Positions 1 through 6,968 of a stretch of DNA of 50,462 bases are shown here, in pieces. The translations under genes and the position numbers were made by a program. This DNA comes from a virus. How positions within the stretch are numbered: position 1 is the stretch's first letter; the number at the start of each line of letters is the position of its first letter. The notes beneath the pieces are model-generated. The model was not told where the DNA came from, ran no database searches, and saw only the letters and a program-made list of their open reading frames with translations. The DNA lies in IMG/VR virus record IMGVR_UViG_3300049437_000005; one strand, given 5' to 3'.

Positions 1-127
1 TTTGTAGTACGGCCCGTAATTAAGTTCCTCATCCCACTCGGTAACATGAAGAACCTTTTCTGATTTGACACCGTAAGTCACTAAGATATTCTCGCCTGGA
101 AGCCAGGCATCTCGACACCAGATTTTT
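1..127. repeat. Terminal exact direct repeat, copy 1 (identical to 50336..50462)
   Basis: Base-by-base comparison of the window start and end: tttgtagtacggcccgtaatt...caccagattttt matches over 127 nt. A length equal to a common assembler k-mer suggests circular-contig overlap rather than a biological repeat. Confidence 0.95.
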
Positions 128-783
128 TCTTTATAGAGAGTCGGCGTTTCGCTCGACGACATATTCTCCGCACGCTGTTCGCCCTCTTGGCCGATAACAG
201 AATACTCGTCTGCTTTCAGATTTCCGGCGCTGGATTTATCGAGCCAACTCGATTCCATTACTTCTTCGTAATCGAGCCAATAGTCGTTGCCTTCGTAGTC
301 GATGGTTTCCCACGATTTTGCCGCCATATCGCAGAAGTAATCGTCGCCGGTAATGAGATCGACGAACGACCTTCCGTATTCATGCCCCATCTGCGTTCCA
401 ACCGTGTGAAGTCCGACCTTGAACACACCCATGAAAAACAGGGCTTCGAGAACGCCGCGACGGAACGTATTTTCGAGCATGATTTCCTCTGGAATCTCGT
501 TGACGGCTAACTCGAAGTTCGCGGCAGTCGGCATGAAACTCTTATCGACCGTACTCATCATCGCTCTGGGCGCTTTCGGCGCAAGCAACCGGGCGTAGAT
601 ACTCGCGCCGAGGGCGATAGTATTCACCGGCTCACGCTTCGCACTTCCGTTCTCAGCGTAATGGAAACCGGCCTGCAATTTCGCGGCTTCGATACGCTTC
701 TTCCGCGCGAACTGCAACTGGCGACTTGACCACTTGATTGCCTTGTCGAGTTGTTGGAATTTCTTTTCAGCGAATGTTGCCAT
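1..783 (-). CDS. Portal protein, N-terminal part (gene wraps across the window ends)
   Basis: The minus-strand frame is open from the ATG at 783 to base 1. Through the 127-bp overlap it is in frame with ORF 49376..50416 (783 + 960 nt = 1743 nt, about 580 aa). It lies directly downstream of terL and upstream of scaffold and capsid. Confidence 0.6.
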   Translation of the reverse strand, partial: MATFAEKKFQQLDKAIKWSSRQLQFARKKRIEAAKLQAGFHYAENGSAKREPVNTIALGASIYARLLAPKAPRAMMSTVDKSFMPTAANFELAVNEIPEEIMLENTFRRGVLEALFFMGVFKVGLHTVGTQMGHEYGRSFVDLITGDDYFCDMAAKSWETIDYEGNDYWLDYEEVMESSWLDKSSAGNLKADEYSVIGQEGEQRAENMSSSETPTLYKEKIWCRDAWLPGENILVTYGVKSEKVLHVTEWDEELNYGPYYK

Positions 784-806
784 CGTTGTTCTTTCTGAGT
801 TGAGAG

Positions 807-2624
807 TTACCAGCCGTCATTGTCTTTCTTACGCTTCGCTTCCTCGCGTTGCTGATTCCTCCATGCGAGTGACCCATATGGAGCCTTCGGCTTCTCGGGT
901 TCCTTCGGCTTCGCGGTATTTCCTCCAATCAATTTCCACGCCAAGGCGTCGGCCATTGTTCGGTCGCCGTGATTGCTCTTTGCCCCGGATGGATCGGTCT
1001 TGTCTTGCGCCTTAGAGTGAATCGGGCAACCATCGGTCGCAAAAACGTATTCGAGGCAATCTTCCAACGATTCCTTGGATCGGTTAATGCACATCCCGCC
1101 CTCGACGATAGCCCTATATGCCGAGATGATCGCCCGTTTCGTTTCCCGCGTCTGCGCCACGCCAGGAATATCAGTCTGCTTCTTCGACAGCGATTCCTCG
1201 CTCATGCGAAGATAATAATTCGTGTAGCCGAGTTCGATGAGTTTGTCGCCGAACTGACGACCCGGCCCGCCGCTCTCCCAAATCAGCTTCGGATTTCCAA
1301 GCCATTTGGCGATTGCGTAAACTTGGACGGCGAACGGCTCGGGGCGAAGGTACGGATTGATATACTCCGCAATTTTCTCGCCGGTAACTTCGTTCCAGAA
1401 TTCAGCGCATGAATTCGACGCACCAGTTCCCGCTGAAATGTCACAACCGCCGACTAGTTTATGTTCGGGATTGATCGACGGTTTGTTGTTCTTATCAAGC
1501 AAGCACCACAATCGCAGCCGCCCGCCAGAATCTTCTCGAAACTCGGTCGGCTCGCCGGTCGTTAAGTCGTAATCCACGTCACCGACGCACTCAGGCGGGC
1601 GCGTGTCGCGCTTTATTACAACTTGAACCTTGTCCGAATCGAAATACTGCCCGCCGCTACCCTGATAGTCGATATCCAACTCGGTCGCAATCTCGCGCTT
1701 ACTTCCGGCCCGCTCGCATTCCTGATCGTACCAAGGCGAACGCAGCTTACCGTCGAGAATCGGCTTATAGTCTTGCGGATAATTCTCGGGATCGAGGACC
1801 TTCAGGTTTCCATCCTCGTCAGTCGTATAAAGACCCTTCGCCTTCTCTGGATGAATTGACCAATGGAAGCGAAGTTTTCGTATGTTGGTCTGACGTGTCG
1901 CATAGAATTCGTTGTTAGTTCCCGTATCAGGGTCGGGCGTCGAGTTGAAGATACGGCATTTCGTCGCATCGCGGGTCGCAGACTTGACTCTCGCACCATC
2001 TCGGACGGCTGCGAATTCGTCGAGCAGGATCGCAGTTCGCCGGTCGCCACGCGCGACGTTGGCCGTTGTCGATTCGCCGTCGATTACCGAACCGTTCTCC
2101 GGGTTCTCTACGTGCATCATTTTCCGATGCACTTCTGGATCGTATCCTCGCGGACGCAACCAAACCGGCATATTGTTTAGAAGGAAATCGAACTTCCAAA
2201 ACAGCGCCTTCGGATTGCCTGCCTTATCTACGTAATCTTCGACGCGGGAAACGTAGAGGAACGATTGCAGCGCCTTGAATCTCCAACACCATTTGGTCGC
2301 CGCAATACAAGCCCACGATGCCCCCATATCACGACTTTTCTCGACAAGAATATCGTGATGATTGATTGATTCGATAATTTCGATAATCGCCTCTTCCTGA
2401 AATGGATACAGGATGAAAGGCAACTTCGGGAACGGCTCGCATCTCGGATCGAACGTCCAGCCGAATCCGTTGATATAAAACAACGGGTCTTGAGAGCACG
2501 CATCGCGGATCGCCTCAGCGAATCCGATATCGTCGATCGCGCGACGATTCACCGCCGCACGCCAGTGTAGATTGGCGCGCACGTCTTTCGGTATTCTGTA
2601 ATTGAACGGAGTCGAGACTTTCAT
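807..2624 (-). CDS. terL: Terminase large subunit
   Basis: 605-aa ORF. Walker A-like EKSRDMGASW, Walker B-like AILLDEFA, and an N-terminal FYINGFGWTFDPR...LYPFQ pattern typical of phage large terminases. Its start overlaps the upstream stop (ATGA). Confidence 0.85.
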   Translation of the reverse strand: MKVSTPFNYRIPKDVRANLHWRAAVNRRAIDDIGFAEAIRDACSQDPLFYINGFGWTFDPRCEPFPKLPFILYPFQEEAIIEIIESINHHDILVEKSRDMGASWACIAATKWCWRFKALQSFLYVSRVEDYVDKAGNPKALFWKFDFLLNNMPVWLRPRGYDPEVHRKMMHVENPENGSVIDGESTTANVARGDRRTAILLDEFAAVRDGARVKSATRDATKCRIFNSTPDPDTGTNNEFYATRQTNIRKLRFHWSIHPEKAKGLYTTDEDGNLKVLDPENYPQDYKPILDGKLRSPWYDQECERAGSKREIATELDIDYQGSGGQYFDSDKVQVVIKRDTRPPECVGDVDYDLTTGEPTEFREDSGGRLRLWCLLDKNNKPSINPEHKLVGGCDISAGTGASNSCAEFWNEVTGEKIAEYINPYLRPEPFAVQVYAIAKWLGNPKLIWESGGPGRQFGDKLIELGYTNYYLRMSEESLSKKQTDIPGVAQTRETKRAIISAYRAIVEGGMCINRSKESLEDCLEYVFATDGCPIHSKAQDKTDPSGAKSNHGDRTMADALAWKLIGGNTAKPKEPEKPKAPYGSLAWRNQQREEAKRKKDNDGW

Positions 2625-3136
2625 TTAGCGAAGATTCCGCAAGCGTACCATGTTCCATTTTGGCCCAACGCCATCGCGTAGCCGTAGAATTCGCACTCGC
2701 CGTTCACCGCTGCCCAATGGCCGGAAGAGTATCGCCAGGAACGGTACATTTCGGCTGCGGCTGCTTCAGCAGATTGATTGGGCCAACTCTCGTTCGCCAC
2801 TTCAGCGAAGTCTCGACTTCCGGGTAAAGCGGCGCGGAGGGAAGCATACCGAAGGTTCCAACCCTGGTGGCCTTGCACACAAACTCGGGCCATGTAGTCT
2901 GCGTGTTGCTGCGCGTATCGTTGGAGATGTTCATTCGGTCTGCCGGATGATATGCTAAGAACGCCAATTCGTCTGCCGGTTTGTATGAGAATTTCATTTG
3001 GAGTAGGCGGAAGAGAAGGTTTGACGACGGGCGGCTTAATCGGGGCAACATCAGGGCGGGGTTGAGTTCGGTCGAGTAGCAGTAGTCCAGTGATAAGGAT
3101 GAGCAACGGCGGTATGGTCGATAGGATTTTCTTCAT
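2621..3136 (-). CDS. Exported CAP/SCP/PR1-like domain protein with N-terminal signal/anchor
   Basis: 171 aa. N-terminal MKKILSTIPPLLILITGLLLL hydrophobic segment and a Pro-rich linker. The C-terminal domain has HADYM...GHQGW...ESW...SSGHWAAV...YGYA...WYACGIF, resembling YkwD/CAP domains. Its stop overlaps the terL start. Confidence 0.6.
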   Translation of the reverse strand: MKKILSTIPPLLILITGLLLLDRTQPRPDVAPIKPPVVKPSLPPTPNEILIQTGRRIGVLSISSGRPNEHLQRYAQQHADYMARVCVQGHQGWNLRYASLRAALPGSRDFAEVANESWPNQSAEAAAAEMYRSWRYSSGHWAAVNGECEFYGYAMALGQNGTWYACGIFAK

Positions 3137-3356
3137 ATTTCGTCACGCATGGTTGTTTACAAAAGAACAGCCATTTCCCTTCGATCTTCTTCGTGAAGAT
3201 TCCATGAATCGATGCGCACGTCGCGGAACCTGCCGTTCGCTGCACATGACAGCCAAGCGGGTTCACGCAACAGTCGCAATGCGACACGATTTCGTGTTCG
3301 GGTTTCATGGCTTTTCGTTTCGGTAGTTTCGTAACTTTTAACCTAGCTCGTCGCAT
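3051..3356 (-). CDS. Cys-rich putative zinc-binding protein
   Basis: Start chosen at the ATG at 3356, preceded by GGAGAGAG. Motif SHCDCCVNPLGCH...C...FFCKQPC looks like a TRASH/MYM-type metal-binding pattern. Its 3' end overlaps the CAP gene start by 86 nt. Confidence 0.45.
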   Translation of the reverse strand: MRRARLKVTKLPKRKAMKPEHEIVSHCDCCVNPLGCHVQRTAGSATCASIHGIFTKKIEGKWLFFCKQPCVTKYEENPIDHTAVAHPYHWTTATRPNSTPP

Positions 3357-4104
3357 TACTTTCTCTCTCCAATTCATCGAGCATTGCTTCGATCTCGGCA
3401 ACCGACTTCTGGCCCGACTTGCGAGTGTTCTTTCTCTCTTCGCTCTCGCCGTCGCCCTTCGATTCCATCTGGCCGACTTTCGCAAGGAAATCTTTTGGCT
3501 CCGCTAAGGCTTGGCAGTATAGATACCAAGCCGCGTCACACGGACAAGAAGCCGGGTCTTGCCGAGTGCGAAGATAATTGCCTGCCGCTTCAATCGCCCA
3601 ACGAAGGCTGTCGCGATAACTCTGCTCTTTCCCCTCGTTTGCAACCTTCGCTCTCGACGGAGGCGCTGCGGATTGATTTCCGGATGCCTGGACAGCCGGT
3701 TGCGTCGAAGGGCTTGGATCGTGTTGTGAGAGATCGTATTCACGGAATAGGATATGAAGGCAGGGATAATCTTTCGACGCCTGGACGGTCGCCTGCTGCT
3801 TCGTGTAGCCCGACTCTTCGAGGGCCTGAACCTTCGCCTCCCACGCGGCGTAGGTCGGCTTCTCGGCCCCAACATCCTGCCGCCAGAGGGTAGCCCGCGC
3901 CCGGCTAGTGAATTCGGTAATGTCGCGGACGTTAATTGCCGATTCCGGCTCGCGCTTACCGCCGTGCTTCTTGGCATACTTTCCGACCGTTGGTTTCGAG
4001 ATTCCGAATTCCTCTGCCAACTTCGATTGAGATTCCCCGGCTGCGTAGCGCCGGGCAATCTCGATCTGCTGAGATTCGGGGAGTCCAGGGGGATTAGTTG
4101 CCAT
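3343..4104 (-). CDS. terS: Putative terminase small subunit (HTH DNA-binding protein)
   Basis: The N-terminal ESQSKLAEEFGISKPTVGKYAKKHGG helix-turn-helix and the position upstream of terL in the packaging operon support the call. Start taken at the ATG at 4104, 17 nt after the upstream stop. Confidence 0.5.
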   Translation of the reverse strand: MATNPPGLPESQQIEIARRYAAGESQSKLAEEFGISKPTVGKYAKKHGGKREPESAINVRDITEFTSRARATLWRQDVGAEKPTYAAWEAKVQALEESGYTKQQATVQASKDYPCLHILFREYDLSQHDPSPSTQPAVQASGNQSAAPPSRAKVANEGKEQSYRDSLRWAIEAAGNYLRTRQDPASCPCDAAWYLYCQALAEPKDFLAKVGQMESKGDGESEERKNTRKSGQKSVAEIEAMLDELERESNATS

Positions 4105-4121
4105 GCTAATATCTATTCTGA

Positions 4122-4658
4122 TTAAGGGGTCAGGGTCGCCGCCCAAGGCAGCGCGCCTGGAAGGCACGACGAGAACCTGGCGGATTCGTCGAGAACTACG
4201 GCCTGCTTCCGTTCACCGGTTGGATCGGGCGGAACAATCTGAAGTGAATCGAGGTTGCTGATCTGCGATGCGGCCTTCGGGGCGACCAACGGTATGTCTG
4301 TACCGTAGAGTTTCGGGGTCGGTCGATCCTCCGGGTAGAAGCTATCGAGAATCTGACGATGCTTCTTCGAGATCATGCGGAGATCGCCGCCAATCGCTTC
4401 TAGGTAGTCGGCACGGCTACCGACTTGAATCTTGCCGGTCTTTGCGCTCCAGCGTTGCAGGCGCTCCATTAGTTCGGCGTCGGTTAGTTGCTTACGCCGC
4501 CCGGCGTGAGGCTTCGCCGCCAGGGCAAGGCCCTTCACGATCATTTGCTCCCAACTGACGCCTCCCATGCGAACAACAACGCATACTGCCTTGTAGCAGT
4601 AAGGGCATAGCCCACGAGTAGTCGCCTCATGCTGACAGGATGGATTCAGACATTTCAT
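4122..4658 (-). CDS. Zn-ribbon protein with CxxxC...RGLCxxCY...W...GLA motif; first gene of the minus (late) arm
   Basis: Start at MKCLNPSC is preceded by GGTAGGAA. The N-terminal 55 aa are clearly homologous to ORF 10432..10716. Confidence 0.6.
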   Translation of the reverse strand: MKCLNPSCQHEATTRGLCPYCYKAVCVVVRMGGVSWEQMIVKGLALAAKPHAGRRKQLTDAELMERLQRWSAKTGKIQVGSRADYLEAIGGDLRMISKKHRQILDSFYPEDRPTPKLYGTDIPLVAPKAASQISNLDSLQIVPPDPTGERKQAVVLDESARFSSCLPGALPWAATLTP

Positions 4659-4887
4659 TTTGTCATTCCTACCGGCTGCTGAATTGAATTGCATACTTAC
4701 ACCTTTCATTTTGATTTTGGGGTCATACCATCTTGAACTTCCTGACCCCCATTACGACAGTTGCCGTAAGAGTCGCCGCGCCGGGCCGGCCAAGGCGACT
4801 TCTAATACAACCATTGGAGATCGCGGCCAGCAGGCGGTTTTAGCCGACCAATAGGCGATTCGGCGAGTGCGGTTCGGCAAAAGGGTG

Positions 4888-5038
4888 GTGTGCGCGCTGA
4901 GGTGCGCACACTTGCTGCACACTTGCGGCGGCGTCGAAACGCAGACCACCGATTGGTTCCAAGTGTGCAGAATTCGCAGACGTGTGTAGGGTCGAATCTA
5001 CACACATACGTCTGGTATTGGGTGGTTTAACACCACCC
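4888..5038. promoter_or_regulatory. Cluster of stem-loops and short repeats upstream of the late arm
   Basis: Hairpin GTGTGCGC/GCGCACAC (4888-4911). GCACACTTGC tandem at 4906-4915 and 4917-4926, with an inverted 9-nt copy at 4960-4968. A 15-bp interrupted hairpin CAGACGTGTGTGTAG..CTACACAC-AT-ACGTCTG (4977-5014). Hairpin GGGTGGT/ACCACCC (5020-5038). Confidence 0.6.
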
Positions 5039-5043
5039 GACTT

Positions 5044-5176
5044 AAAGAGAGGAGAGAGAAGGGTTTATGGAATATATATAATATATAAGTAATTATATGT
5101 AGTATGTGTGTGTGTAGGTGTGTAGCCCCCTGTTCTCCCTTTATTATTCCTTCCCTTACTACCCTTTTCTCTTTTA
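5044..5176. repeat. Low-complexity block: purine tract, (TA)n/(TG)n AT-rich core, pyrimidine tract
   Basis: AAAGAGAGGAGAGAGAAGGG (5044-5063). TA-rich and TG microsatellite-like sequence (5064-5125). C/T-rich CCCCCTGTTCTCCCTTTATTATTCCTTCCCTTACTACCCTTTTCTCTTTT (5126-5176). Confidence 0.8.
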
Positions 5177-5242
5177 TATAAGGCCCCGCACACGCGCACC
5201 CCACTTCTGGTTTCGGCAGAATTTCAGGTCATATTTTCAGAA

Positions 5243-5344
5243 GGGGGGTACTTAGAAATAGTGTGGAGCGGGGGAGGGGGGCTAACCGCTACCCCTGGAT
5301 CGGAAACGGGGCGAGGGAGGGGAAACGATTTCGACAATGGGGGG
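5243..5344 (+). repeat. Cluster of G-runs (G3-G6), potential G-quadruplex-forming region
   Basis: G-runs at 5243-5248, 5270-5274, 5276-5281, 5308-5311, 5315-5317, 5319-5322 and 5339-5344, all on the + strand. Confidence 0.6.
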
Positions 5345-5555
5345 CGAAATATGAGACTCTAACTACTTGCGCAGTATAGGGTTATGTACGGCACAAGATG
5401 AAACGTCTAATGCCAAAATGAGATTGAATAGTGGCTATTCATGCGCTGATTGTCTCGCGTTATGGAATGGCGCATGCAATCCAAGATAGCGCCCCCCGGC
5501 CCTGCCCCTATCGCCTAGCGTTACCCTTGCTACTCTGCCATACGATCTATCACCA

Positions 5556-5834
5556 TTACTTACTGAGGGGAATTACAGTCGTTTCCATCGCCATTCCATC
5601 GGGGCCAATAATCAAGTACCGACTAGGCGCTTTGCTGCGCCTCTTCTCTTCTGCCCTATTCTCGCGTTCTACTCTCTCCCTGCGCGCTTGATCTTGCGTT
5701 CTAATCCATTGTTCGCCCCATTGCGCCTCTTGTTTCGCGCGATCATTCCTAGCGCGTTCTATCGCCTTATCATCCCTTGCCGATACTGGCCAGCAAACAA
5801 GACAGGCGACGATTGCGAACAGTAACCGTTTCAT
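5556..5834 (-). CDS. Small putative lipoprotein / secreted charged protein
   Basis: Internal ATG at 5834 is preceded by GGAGGG at 7 nt. The N-terminus MKRLLFAIVAC has a lipobox-like IVAC. The rest is a highly charged R/E-rich sequence. Confidence 0.5.
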   Translation of the reverse strand: MKRLLFAIVACLVCWPVSARDDKAIERARNDRAKQEAQWGEQWIRTQDQARRERVERENRAEEKRRSKAPSRYLIIGPDGMAMETTVIPLSK

Positions 5835-6010
5835 CTTTGCGCCCTCCAATGATTGAGTATTCGCCCCCATTCAATCCTAGCTTGCGATTATCCCCACTAT
5901 ATAGGGGAATATAGAATAAGCTGCCAAAACGGCAGATACAGGATTGCGCCTAGCGAGTTCCGACGGGTTGACGTGATATCTGACTCAATTGCTGTCAGGC
6001 GCAAAAGAAT

Positions 6011-6029
6011 GGCCCCGATTAGCGGGGCC
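6011..6029. terminator. GC-rich hairpin, candidate bidirectional terminator
   Basis: GGCCCCG-attag-CGGGGCC. On the minus strand it is followed by ATTCTTTT, on the plus strand by GTTTG. Confidence 0.5.
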
Positions 6030-6142
6030 GTTTGCTGATTGCGCCGAGAGTGGCGCTAGATTGTATCTTGTGATTCGCACTCGAAACATGAATATCGCTC
6101 CCCTACCGCATATGAATAGATGGGGTTAGTGTGGCGAATATG

Positions 6143-6229
6143 TCAACAATCTAATTTAACCGATACTTTGCCGGTTTCTAAATTACGTTCGCTTTTAACT
6201 ACAACTCGAAGCGTATTCCGTTCGTCCAT
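6143..6229 (-). CDS. 28-aa micro-ORF with a perfect Shine-Dalgarno (MDERNTLRVVVKSERNLETGKVSVKLDC)
   Basis: GGAGG lies 8 nt upstream of the ATG at 6229. The ORF sits between the operator-like repeats and the 6011-6029 hairpin. It is too short for the ORF track. Confidence 0.3.
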   Translation of the reverse strand: MDERNTLRVVVKSERNLETGKVSVKLDC

Positions 6230-6410
6230 TGTCTAGTCCTCCAATATGTATGGTCTGTTGTTTGTGAACTAGCCACGCCGATCTTTACGCGTGGCTTGCG
6301 GGGCTTTCCCCCGCTCGGTTGCATCTTTACTGCCCTCCCTTCCTAACGGCATTTTCTGCCAATCTGAAAATGAAACGTTCGTCTAATCAAGTATTGCCGC
6401 GCTTTTCCAT

Positions 6411-6551
6411 GTAGTCAAGTATAATCGCCGAAATTCTCTCTTGCCATATAGTCGAGTATAAGCGCACTATTCGGCAATCCCCGCAATCGCGCGGATTATT
6501 TCCAGATATTTTCACCCGGTTATACTTGACTACAATATAGCCGGATATAAG
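6411..6551. promoter_or_regulatory. Four operator/iteron-like 14-mers (consensus TAGYCRRGTATAAK) in the divergent control region
   Basis: TAGTCAAGTATAAT (6412-6425, +), TAGTCGAGTATAAG (6449-6462, +), TAGTCAAGTATAAC (6520-6533, minus strand), TAGCCGGATATAAG (6538-6551, +). They embed TTGACT and TATAAT/TACAAT-like hexamers. Confidence 0.6.
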
Positions 6552-6569
6552 CTTGAATAGTGGTTGATC

Positions 6570-6648
6570 GATTGCGGGGGAATGATACGGCGGATTGAAT
6601 CGCAACCTTCCGCCTTATAGCAGAAACGGCGGTTATTCCCCCGCAATC
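6570..6648 (+). promoter_or_regulatory. Perfect 14-bp inverted repeat bracketing a 51-nt leader just upstream of the first early RBS
   Basis: GATTGCGGGGGAAT (6570-6583) and ATTCCCCCGCAATC (6635-6648). A related CCCCGCAATC is at 6479-6488. Internal ACGGCGG occurs twice plus one CCGCC. GGAGG is at 6658-6662 and the ATG at 6670. Confidence 0.6.
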
Positions 6649-6669
6649 TCCAGCAATGGAGGAAAAACA

Positions 6670-6792
6670 ATGAACGCTATCCGATCTTATCTCCGCCGAA
6701 ACCTAAATGCGAAGCGTCTTTCCCGTATCATCGCGAACGATAAGCAATGTGCTATGTTCGCGCGTTTCATCCGGGGGGCAAAACAATGCTGA
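6670..6792 (+). CDS. Early micro-protein (40 aa, basic)
   Basis: GGAGG lies 7 nt upstream. Conserved AAACAATG start context. Its stop overlaps the next start. Confidence 0.5.
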   Translation: MNAIRSYLRRNLNAKRLSRIIANDKQCAMFARFIRGAKQC

Positions 6793-6968
6793 TTATCAGA
6801 CTGAAAACCCGGCCAGACTTATATGTCTGCGAAAAACTTTGCGTGGTGATTACGTTTACGCAACCTTACGAATATGCCGCGCGGTTTCCTACTCGCGCCG
6901 CGGTTTCGCGTTTCGTTCGGAATACCGATCTAGCTGGAAACACCGAAACAGAGAGGGCGAAACAATGA
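6786..6968 (+). CDS. Early small protein (60 aa)
   Basis: GGGGGG-caaaACAATG start context, coupled to both neighbouring ORFs. Confidence 0.5.
   Translation: MLIIRLKTRPDLYVCEKLCVVITFTQPYEYAARFPTRAAVSRFVRNTDLAGNTETERAKQ

Noticed and set aside
6387-6605. 72-aa minus-strand ORF spanning the operator-like repeats.
   Set aside because: It has a TTG start with no spacing from a purine-rich stretch. It is made up of the repeat and inverted-repeat DNA itself. The region is better explained as regulatory DNA.
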